Of a stretch of DNA of 64,000 nt, positions 22,521 through 31,481 are shown piece by piece (the first letter of the stretch is position 1; each line of letters opens with the position of its first letter). The notes under the pieces are model-generated. The model made no database searches. It was given only the letters and a program-made list of their open reading frames with translations, and was not told where the DNA came from. The position numbers were made by a program, and so were the translations under genes. The stretch lies in contig JAANOX010000061.1 of the NCBI GenBank assembly GCA_020184695.1, forward strand, positions 124,001 through 188,000, read 5' to 3'. The stretch is from Histomonas meleagridis 2922-C6/04-290x. Lineage: Eukaryota > Protista > Parabasalia.

Positions 22521-24587
22521 TTAAACCAAACCGAACCCTTCAGCGTTTGCAGCACATATTTCCAACATCTTTCTAATGAGTTCCAAATTTTTATAATCCG
22601 GTAAAACCAAAGTATTAAAGCAAGTATGAGCCGTTGGTATTTTATCCGTATCTCCACTTCTTTGTATTGTGATTTTTACTGTTTTTAGACCTCCAGCTGG
22701 TGCTCTTGAAATTCCTGTAATGAATTGCAGAATTTGTTTCTTTTGTTTCAGTTGAAACTCGTCGAAAATCTTCCAAAACATTACCACTGTTTCTGATGTC
22801 TCTACATAACCACCAGTGTAATTTGCGTTTAATTTCAAATCTTTCCATTCTAATTCTTGGATTCCACTAATTAATATATCATAATCGGTATATTTTAAGC
22901 ATTCGATAACAATCGATTCTTGTATACTAAAGAAACCTTTTTGAAATGCATCATATTCTTTTTGTATTGATACATTTAACATATAATCAATATAACAATT
23001 AACATATTCATTAACATTCGATTTCGTTACTTTGATATCAATTCCATTTTCTTTTATCGGAACTTCTTTAATTTCTCCATTAGAATCTTTTTCGGTGACC
23101 GAAAAATATATATCATAATCATCGCCTTCTTTCATTGTCTGTTGAAGTTTTAGAAGCCCTTCAGCTGTTTCGGGATAAATTTCGGCAAAATCATTCATAT
23201 TAAGTGTTACATTAAAAAGTTTCCGATATAAAACAATTGGAAACTTGATTGGTAATGTAATGGAATTTAATAATGCAAGTTTAACAAGTATTCCGACATT
23301 TTCGAAATATTTCAAATTAGAATTCGCATTTTTTTTAAACCAATAAAATCCGCCGTCTTCAAATTGTTCAAATAAATTCATGTCAGGTGAAAAATATATA
23401 TTTGTAATAAGATAAAAGAATTCTCGTGAAACTCCTCCTTCATCAATAGTGTTTTCATCTTTAAACTTAATAATTAGGCGGCGCTCTAATTTATCAGATG
23501 GTAATGAAAATACTTCAGTATTCGCATCTTCAAAGATATTGTTACGTGAAATGACAACGGATAATGTGCTATTATCAATTTGTTCCATGCGTACAACTTT
23601 AGCTATAAAACTTTTGTCAAGTATTGACGATACTTGAATATAAGAAAAGATTCCTTGTTCATATAAGTTTAATTCTAGATCAGGAAAAACTAATGATGAA
23701 AATGATTGATTAATGAAGATTTCAGGTGGATATGGTTTATATGATTGAAGGTTTGCTTCGTTTAAGAGTTCAATAAATATCGCAAATTCATGCATTAAAT
23801 ATGAATGTGGATCGGGATTTTTTATATGGATATGATGAGTAATGAATTTTTGAGCAAGATCATTCAAATATTCAATGAAAATGGGGGTTTTGATAAGAAT
23901 TGTGTTGAAAACCGTCATTGAGTTACGGTCAAGATGAAGAAGTTTATCAAAGAACTTTTTCGTCGTTTTCTCGGCATCAGGATGAATACAAGGTGTAAAT
24001 ATGGATAAAACAAAGATGAACCGAATCCAATGTAAAGTATCTCGCTCTTTTGATGTTTGAAGTTGCATTAAAATTTGTTCAATGTCTGGAAATATAAAAA
24101 TTAGATCATCTGGTCTTTCTTTTAATGCATCATGAAAATCTATTATTAGGTCAGTGTTAAATTGAAAATCATCCTTTTTTATAAGGCCATTACCTTTTAG
24201 AAAAGCAAAACTAAATGCTTGAAAATTGTTGAAGAGTTCGCTAAAACTAGATTCAATTTTTTTAGTAACCTGTGAACGTGATATGAATAATTTGACTGAT
24301 TGATTAAAATTATAAAGTAATTGATGAATTTTTGCATTTTTTAATAAAGGTGAGATACCTTTGCATAATGTTTTTTGGTTATTTTCTTCTGTAAGTTTTT
24401 TTGCTGTATCTTTTATTTCTTGTTCATTTGAAAATGAATATTGAAATTGCGAACATGATTTACAATGAGGATTTTTACAATTTACAAAATTGCACCCAGA
24501 AAGAAGTTGCGAGTAATATAATAGTTCCAAGTATTTTGTGTTAGCAGTTTTGTTATCTTTTGCAGAAGATTTGTTTTGCTCGGCCAT
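22521..24587 (-). CDS. HECT E3 ubiquitin ligase, UBE3A-like with an N-terminal AZUL-like Zn motif
   Basis: YYSQLLSGCNFVNCKNPHC at the N-terminus. HECT motifs DEGGVSREFF, LQFITG and PTAHTCFN with the catalytic Cys. Confidence 0.95.
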   Translation of the reverse strand: MAEQNKSSAKDNKTANTKYLELLYYSQLLSGCNFVNCKNPHCKSCSQFQYSFSNEQEIKDTAKKLTEENNQKTLCKGISPLLKNAKIHQLLYNFNQSVKLFISRSQVTKKIESSFSELFNNFQAFSFAFLKGNGLIKKDDFQFNTDLIIDFHDALKERPDDLIFIFPDIEQILMQLQTSKERDTLHWIRFIFVLSIFTPCIHPDAEKTTKKFFDKLLHLDRNSMTVFNTILIKTPIFIEYLNDLAQKFITHHIHIKNPDPHSYLMHEFAIFIELLNEANLQSYKPYPPEIFINQSFSSLVFPDLELNLYEQGIFSYIQVSSILDKSFIAKVVRMEQIDNSTLSVVISRNNIFEDANTEVFSLPSDKLERRLIIKFKDENTIDEGGVSREFFYLITNIYFSPDMNLFEQFEDGGFYWFKKNANSNLKYFENVGILVKLALLNSITLPIKFPIVLYRKLFNVTLNMNDFAEIYPETAEGLLKLQQTMKEGDDYDIYFSVTEKDSNGEIKEVPIKENGIDIKVTKSNVNEYVNCYIDYMLNVSIQKEYDAFQKGFFSIQESIVIECLKYTDYDILISGIQELEWKDLKLNANYTGGYVETSETVVMFWKIFDEFQLKQKKQILQFITGISRAPAGGLKTVKITIQRSGDTDKIPTAHTCFNTLVLPDYKNLELIRKMLEICAANAEGFGLV

Positions 24588-24702
24588 TTTTGTTTACACT
24601 TTTGCTCTCAGCGTCACTTTTATGTAAAGGAGACGTTTAATGTTAAAAATTGAATTCAAAATGTTTAAACAAAAATATAAAAAAAAAATATCCAAAGCAT
24701 TT

Positions 24703-25263
24703 TTAAACGTGGTAGAGCCTAGACTTCCTGCGTCCACGAGCCATTTCGAACTTACGGCCATGAGCGCGAACCTTTGGACGTGTCTTGCTATTGTCATCAC
24801 CTGGGGCAGCACCGAAATGACGACAAGCTTCACGGCGCTTACGATCACCTTCGAGAAGGAGGCATTTTTCTCCTGTTGGGCGGAGTTGTGCAAGTTGATC
24901 GAATGTGATAATTTCACCTCCAGCAGCGAGGATACGAGCACGAGCTGTTTCTGAGAATCTGAGGGCAGCAACCTTCATCTTTGGAACAGTCAAAAGACGT
25001 TCATCATTAACAATCTTTGAAACAACTACTGCAATTGTATCATCTTCTTTGCCTTGAAGAGCAACAGCAAGGCGTGAAAGTGAATATGGACGGCGGTTTG
25101 TGTTAGAAAGGCACATGCGGTGGGCAATCTTCTTATTGAAATCATTGCCAGTGCGTTGAGCAAGGTAGCTGTAAAGTCTGAAAAGCATGTTCAATTGAAC
25201 GTTCTTTGACTTTGGAGTCTTCCTTGACTTGCGGGAAACACGGTGGTCGAGATCAACACCCAT
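24703..25263 (-). CDS. RPL18: 60S ribosomal protein eL18
   Basis: MGVDL...LFRLYSYLAQRT..FNKKIAHRMCLS..NRRPYSLSRL; ITFDQLA; GRKFEMARGRRKSR. Confidence 0.97.
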   Translation of the reverse strand: MGVDLDHRVSRKSRKTPKSKNVQLNMLFRLYSYLAQRTGNDFNKKIAHRMCLSNTNRRPYSLSRLAVALQGKEDDTIAVVVSKIVNDERLLTVPKMKVAALRFSETARARILAAGGEIITFDQLAQLRPTGEKCLLLEGDRKRREACRHFGAAPGDDNSKTRPKVRAHGRKFEMARGRRKSRLYHV

Positions 25264-25291
25264 AAAGAAGAAGGAGCGGCCAAAACGGTTT
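25264..25291 (-). promoter_or_regulatory. Core-promoter region of RPL18: Myb-like M3 motif (AACCGTTT) plus a pyrimidine-rich start region
   Basis: The minus strand reads AAAACCGTTTTGGCCGCTCCTTCTTCTTT-ATG. This fits the T. vaginalis motif 3 consensus DRCSGYTD. The same AAC(C/G)GTT core lies upstream of starts at 7658, 9294, 11504, 51688 and 63727, but also occurs in 3' intergenic DNA. Confidence 0.45.
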
Positions 25292-25593
25292 TATTCAATT
25301 TTTTAAAGACAGTTTATGTTGATTAACGGTCACTATGATTAGAATCCATAATTTTTGCAAAAACTGTTAATCCAGAATAAATGATCCTGATCATTCCAGT
25401 AATTCGTTCGAAGCATAGAGGAATTTCATTTGAACAATTTTTTTTATGGATTTTAAAATGATCTCAGAAACATAATCTTTAAAAATAGCCTGTTCGGAAA
25501 AATAAAACATGTAGTTCCCCACCACAATAAATGAGACTTTAATAAATTCAATTTTTATTGAATCGTCATGTTTCGCCAATTATGTATGGTTAC

Positions 25594-25941
25594 TCATTGC
25601 TTATTTAATCCTTGTACCTCACTTAAAGGACGAATTTGTATGTTGTGCTCCTTTTGGAATGCAAGAAGTTCTTCTTCCTTAGCTTTGATTTTTGCAGTAA
25701 ATGTTTGAATGAGTTCCTTTAAGGAAGCTCTTTGTTGGTCAAGAGCAGGCCTAGCTTCTCCGATTGTCATTTGTACCAAAACTTCACCAACAAGTCTGTA
25801 ACATTTGCGATCATCAGGAAGTTTTGCAATTGATTCAAGAACGCGTTCATGCTGTTGCATGTCTAATTCGAATTGAATGTTTTTGCTTTGAAGTTCTTTG
25901 AGTTCTTCACGTAATTTGTTGAATTGTTCGCTTATTGACAT
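25594..25941 (-). CDS. PFDN2: Prefoldin subunit 2
   Basis: 115-aa coiled coil with the hairpin motif RKCYRLVGEVLVQMT. Confidence 0.85.
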   Translation of the reverse strand: MSISEQFNKLREELKELQSKNIQFELDMQQHERVLESIAKLPDDRKCYRLVGEVLVQMTIGEARPALDQQRASLKELIQTFTAKIKAKEEELLAFQKEHNIQIRPLSEVQGLNKQ

Positions 25942-25998
25942 TTCTGGCCAGAAGGAATAAACGTATCTGGGCCACCCTGGATTCCGTTTAAAAAAAAG

Positions 25999-27117
25999 AT
26001 GAACGAAAAAACAAACGCAAAACTTTATTTACAAGCTCTTGAGTTAGGTTTTCTAGAAACAATGCATGGAAACTGGACTAAAAAGGTTTCATTAATTCGT
26101 AGTAATATTCCAAATCAAGAGTCATACAGAGAATACATAAAATTATATCCAGGAAAAAAGAAACAAAGAGATGCACTTATTAACAGACTAGAAGAAATTG
26201 CTAAAGAAAAATTTCAAACTTCAAAACGATTTGATATGAATGCATTTTATTGTTTACATTTGATTCGAAAATTTAAAGAAGCCGATACCCTTAATGAAGA
26301 ATTAGAGAAAAAGCTTATTGAAACAAGTTATGGTTCAAATTCACAATCTTTTGATGAAGCATTTAAACTTCAAATACCGACTACTCTTGAAGAACTAAAG
26401 AGAAAATACAAACAAATTTCAGATGACCTTGTTCGCCTTGAAACAAACATCAAGATATCTCATTCAGCTATTGAGACATCACGGAAAAAAATTGAAAATG
26501 CTCGGAAAAGGTTTACAAAATCAGAGAATCTTATTCCTGATGACTACAGAAGCATTACACAGCAACTAGATCAAGTTCAACAAGATTATGATAACCATCT
26601 TCAAGCTTATAATCGTGAACTTCAACGCGTTAAAGATCGTCAAACAAAATTTGAAAATCGCACAAAACTTATTTCCGAACTTATTAGTAAACTTAATCCC
26701 GATTCAGTTCATCTACCCGAAAATACAATGGCCATGAAACAGCTTGATAAAATTCGTCTAATTCTTGCAAATATAAATGGAAACTCTCCTGACGATAAAT
26801 ATGTTATGCGGAAATTGAAATCATTTTTATTAATTTCTTCTAATGGAAGACAAATTAATACACAAGAATATAATATACCAAAGACGCCAGAACCAAAAAG
26901 ATCGCCAATTTTGCAGTTGTCACCAAAGCCATCATTTGATGAAATACAGCATGAATTCAATAAAGTGAAAACAATGTTGCAACAAAAGAAATCAGTGGTA
27001 ACACCACCTTCAAAATATAAAACTATTGACGATTTGAAGAAACAGTTTGAAAGTCTTCAAAAAACTCAAAGAAAAGAACCAGAAATCAGAACACCGCCCC
27101 TTAAGTCATCAAGATGA
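25999..27117 (+). CDS. Hypothetical coiled-coil protein, 372 aa
   Basis: ATG-initiated ORF with a heptad-rich middle and a Pro/Ser-rich tail. Divergent from PFDN2 with a 57-nt gap. Confidence 0.75.
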   Translation: MNEKTNAKLYLQALELGFLETMHGNWTKKVSLIRSNIPNQESYREYIKLYPGKKKQRDALINRLEEIAKEKFQTSKRFDMNAFYCLHLIRKFKEADTLNEELEKKLIETSYGSNSQSFDEAFKLQIPTTLEELKRKYKQISDDLVRLETNIKISHSAIETSRKKIENARKRFTKSENLIPDDYRSITQQLDQVQQDYDNHLQAYNRELQRVKDRQTKFENRTKLISELISKLNPDSVHLPENTMAMKQLDKIRLILANINGNSPDDKYVMRKLKSFLLISSNGRQINTQEYNIPKTPEPKRSPILQLSPKPSFDEIQHEFNKVKTMLQQKKSVVTPPSKYKTIDDLKKQFESLQKTQRKEPEIRTPPLKSSR

Positions 27118-27282
27118 AGAAATTAGTTTAAAATAAAAATTGTATTATGTGTTTCGTTTAAACAAAACTTATTTTCTATCTAAATCTTTTTTTTGTTGAA
27201 TAAAATATAAGTTTTGAAATTTTAGCAAAATATTATTCATCTTATATAAATTATGAGGTCTTATTAAATTCAAATCCCTATA

Positions 27283-27385
27283 AATATTTTGGAAATTATT
27301 TAAATTATTAGAAACAGCACTTATTAGAGCATCTTGGAATGGTTATACAGAAATCGTTAAATTACTTCTTGATCAAAAAGGAATT
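27283..27385 (+). pseudogene. Orphan truncated ankyrin module preceded by the 3' half of the insert
   Basis: aatattttggaaattatttaaattatta-GAA then TALIRASWNGYTEIVKLLLDQKGI (27314-27385), then an abrupt end. Orientation is opposite to the nearby array. Confidence 0.8.
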
Positions 27386-27387
27386 GT

Positions 27388-27431
27388 AAAAAGATTTATA
27401 CTGTACTATAAAAAGATTTATATTGTACTAT
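27388..27431. repeat. 22-nt tandem duplication at the truncation point of the orphan ankyrin module
   Basis: aaaaagatttatactgtactat / aaaaagatttatattgtactat (1 mismatch). Confidence 0.85.
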
Positions 27432-27833
27432 AAAAACATCCATTAATTGAATAACCATCATTTTGATTTATTTTATATTTTTTCTGAGATCGCGATCACA
27501 ATATATTTGATCGGAATAAAACCTAGTGCATATGCACATATTGGCGATCTATAGATCTGAAAAATATGGTTGAAATTCAAAATCACAATTTTAATTTTAA
27601 ATTGCATTGTTTCGACGAAATTTCATCATTTAACATATTTAATAATATTATAAAGGTACTAACACACATCAAGTCTATTTATTATTAACGATATTGCTTC
27701 AATTGATTCATGAAAATGCAATGTGATTTTCTTGACATCAAATCTAGGTAAAGAACAACCGGAATTATAGACCAAATAAGACATTAAGTTTTTTTTTTTC
27801 TCCGAATGATATAAATTTTTCAAAGAATTCCAT

Positions 27834-30801
27834 TTAATCATTTGCTTTATCTGTTATCTCATCCTGGATTCCTTCTTTTTTACGAATCATGTCAATTATT
27901 TCATTATAATCATTTTCTTTTGCATATGTGTATGCTGTAGCAAATAATTTAAATAATTTCCAAATATTATTTTGAAATTTTAAATTATTAAAATAAATTT
28001 TATTTTTAGCATTGATATCAATTCCTTCTTGTTCAAGAAGTAATTTAACTATTTCTATATAACCATTCGAAGATGCCATGATAAGTGCTGTATTAAATAA
28101 TTTAAATAATTTCCAAATATTATTTTGAAATAGAAAATTATTTAAATAAATATAAAATAAAACAAATAAATACCTTTAGCATTAATATCAATTCCTTCTT
28201 GTTCAAGAAGTATTTTAACTATTTCTGTATGACCATTATAAGATGCAATAATAAGTGCTGTATTAAATAATTTAAATAATTTCCAAATATTATTTTGAAA
28301 TCCAAAATTATTCAAATAAATATCAAATAAAACAAATAAATATCTTTAGCATTAATATCAATTCCTTTTTGTTCAAGAAGTATTTTAATTATTTCTGTAT
28401 GACCACTTTCAGATGCCCACATAAGTGCTGTATAAAATAATTTAAATAATTTCCAAATATTGTTTTCAAATAGAAAAATATTCTAATAAAAATTAAATAA
28501 AACAAATAAATATCTTTAGCATTAATATCAATTCCTTCTTGTTCAAGAAGTAATTTAACAATTTCTGTATGACTATTTTCAGATGCCCACATAAGTGCTG
28601 TAAAAAATAATTTAAATAATTTCCAAATATTGTTTTCAAATAGAAAAATATTCAAATAAAAATTAAATAAAACAAATAAATATCTTTAGAATTAATATCA
28701 ATTCCTTCTTGTTCAAGAAGTAATTTAACAATTTCTGTATGACCATCATAAGATGCCCACATAAGTGCTGTAAAAAATAATTTAAATAATTTCCAAATAT
28801 TATTTTGAAATAGAAAATTATTTAAATAAATATAAAATAAAACAAATAAATACCTTTAGCATTAATATCAATTCCTTCTTGTTCAAGAAGTAATTTAACT
28901 ATTTCTGATTTAGATGTATACATAAGTGCTGTAAGAAATATTTTAAATAATTTCCAGATATTATTTTGAAATTTTAAATTATTAAAATAAATTTTATCTT
29001 TAGCATTAATATCAATTCCTTCTTGTTCAAGAAGTATTTTAACTATTTCTGTATGTCCATTTTCAGATGCTAACATAAGTGCTGTTTCAAATAATTTAAA
29101 TAATTTCCAAATATTATTTTGAAATATCAAATTATTAAAATAAATTTTAAATAAAACAAATTAATATCTTTAGCATTTATATCAATTCCTTCTTGTTCAA
29201 GAAGTAATTTAACTATTTCAGTGTGACCTTTTTCAGATGCCCAAATAAGTGCTGTTTTGAATATTTGTAATAATTTCCAAACATTGTTTTAAAATATTAA
29301 ATTATCAAAATAAATATTAAATCAAACAAATAAATATCTTTAGCATTAATATCAATTCCTTCTTGTTCAAGAAGTAATTTAACTATTTCTGTATGACCTT
29401 TTTCAGATGCCCAAATAAGTGCTGTCCTAAATAATTTAAATAATTTTCAAATATTATTTTGAAATTTTAAATTATTAAAATAAATTTTATCTTTAGCATT
29501 GATATCAATTCCTTCTTGTTCAAGAAGTAATTTAACTATTTCTATATAACCATTCGAAGATGCCATGATAAGTGCTGTATTAAATAATTTAAATAATTTC
29601 CAAATATTATTTTGAAATATCAAATTATTAAAATAAATTTTAAATATAACAAATAAATATCTTTAGCATTAATATCAATTCCTTCTTGCATTAAAATATA
29701 TTTAACAAGTTCAATGTTTTCTGACTCTGATGAATATATTAAGATATCTTTCGGAATTTGATTACTTTCAAGAAAATGTTTAATGAGAAATATGTTTCCA
29801 ATTCTTGCTGCTTCATTTATAATGTTTTCGCTAATTGGCATCCCTTCTTTGTGTAAAAATATAAAAATTTCATAATTATGTGATGAAATACACTTCTTTC
29901 CTAAGTCTTTAATAATATGACATATTTTATTCTCATAAAGATATTTAAAGATATCATTTCGATGGAACATAATTGCTGCTTCATATGCACCTTTAAATGA
30001 TGAATGATTTTGTTCACATAAATGAATGATTTCTTCATTTCCACCTGCAACTGCATATTTATCTGTATTATTTACATTAGCATTATTCATAAGTAAATAT
30101 TTAAAACATTTAACTGATGAAAAAAATGCTGCATAATCAATTAATGAAACATTTTCTTGATTAATAAATGAACATCTTTCATAAAGTGATGGTTCAATTT
30201 TTTGATTAAAATCAAATTTTGTTTGTGATGATATTTCTTGAAGTTTTTCTATTTCATCATTTCGAATTATTTTTGCTATTTCATTTGGATTATGTCCTTC
30301 TCTAATTAATTTCTTATGAAGCTCCCAATCATTCTTTGAAAGTCCTTCATAATTTATAAAACTATATTTCCTTAAATATTTTGCTAATTCATCTTTAGAA
30401 ATATAATGTACAAAATAATCACTCTGGCTGTTTTTTACAATGTTCGGTTCAAGAAAATTATGTTCAATCATAGCTTCAAGAAGAAAATTTGATTCATCTG
30501 TATGCTTATTATAAAGAAATCGCCCAAATATATCAAATATATTCGATTTGATTTTATTACACTCTTCAAATTTTCTTATTTCTTTTATAATATTCAAAAA
30601 TAAATTTACTTTATTATTTTTAATTACAAAGGAATAATATATCATTTGAATAATAATTAAATCATAAGATAAAGGATGGATTTCATCAAATTTGTTGATT
30701 ATTAAACCAAAAGACATAGAGAAATTTTCTTCATTCAAACTAAAAATTGCTTGATTTATTGATAGAATTGTTTCCCAGTCGCAAAGTTCCTTTGGCCTCA
30801 T
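27834..30801 (-). CDS. DUF3447-type ankyrin-repeat protein whose repeat region is split by 11 non-canonical inserts
   Basis: ATG at 30801. The N-terminal part has the trichomonad DUF3447-type segment (SLIDYAAFFSSVKCFKYLL...AVAGGNEEII) and runs to INAKD at 29659. Ten stop-free ankyrin modules follow, then a capping module (TAYTYAKENDYNEII...KAND*) ending at 27834. Continuity across the inserts is inferred, not shown. Confidence 0.7.
27939..29658 (-). repeat. Tandem array of 90-nt ankyrin module plus 80-nt (or 63-nt) insert, period 170 nt
   Basis: 80-nt inserts: 29579-29658, 29256-29335, 29086-29165, 28772-28851, 28602-28681, 28432-28511, 28262-28341, 28092-28171. 63-nt inserts: 29426-29488, 28933-28995, 27939-28001. 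Confidence 0.95.
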
Positions 30802-31481
30802 GTGGAAAATATTAATAACTGATATAATTAAAATTTGAGAGTATAAACCAGTGAAAAAGTTGAATTTTTCAATCAAAAATGAGAATACCGATCTTGCTTC
30901 TTAAAGTAAAATTAATCAAAGTATTTTGTTTGACTTTCTGATGTATCACATGCAGTATTATTAGTCCATTGTGAAAGAGCTGAATATGATCTATTGGTCA
31001 AAAATATAAAAATTCGACTATTGCATTTGTTCAATCTATACAGGAAATTCAAGTTATTATGTCTCGTTTTTAGTATCGATACGAAGCTCACCTCAACCAG
31101 TTTTATTCGATAATACATAAGTGAAAGATCAAAGATCATTTAATAAAAAAATGTTCAACTTCTCAATTTTAAAAAGTGACAATGCCGAAGCATATACCGT
31201 ACAAAAATCCGGAGAGTTTAGTCAAAATATTTCCATCTTGGTCAACTTGATGATTAATTAATGAATCAATTAAGAGAAACATTTTATATTATTTCGTAAT
31301 AATTAACGTTATTTTTTAAATAATTCTACATGTTTATGATAACATTTCATAAAACATTATTGATTCAACAAAACGAAAATGATTATTTAGATTTTAATTT
31401 CAAACATAAGCTTAAAATTTGTATCAAAGCATATATATAAATAAAAAAAAAAAAAAAAAAAAAAAATATAAAAACAATTTA

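Noticed and set aside
24594-24971. ORFs overlapping RPL18 in other frames
   Set aside because: Shadows of the GC-rich 3' half of RPL18.
28389-29130. Short track ORFs over the ankyrin arrays treated as separate small genes (also 47018-48059)
   Set aside because: Each is one or two modules plus chance read-through of flanking inserts, often from non-ATG starts. They are parts of one array.
29426-29488. TGA=Trp or TAA=Gln recoding as the explanation for stops inside inserts
   Set aside because: Conserved genes in the window end in TAA and TGA, use TGG and CAA normally, and have no internal stops.
27834-29658. CRISPR-like repeat-spacer array
   Set aside because: Eukaryotic context with no cas genes. 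Both alternating parts are mutually homologous, and one encodes ankyrin repeats.
27939-29661. U12-like AT-AC (or GT-) intron reading of the inserts, from the AT/GT inside the Asp/Gly codon to the AC of the Thr codon (84 nt, in frame)
   Set aside because: It would delete the conserved Thr and the whole beta-turn, and gives a frameshift (67 nt) for the 63-nt form. There is no ATATCCT donor or U12 branch site. The AC is explained by the ankyrin TAL motif.
31443-31466. Poly(A) tract as the tail of a retrocopy of the adjacent ankyrin-family fragment
   Set aside because: The fragment is on the minus strand, so the tract is poly(T) in its sense orientation. No target-site duplication was seen.
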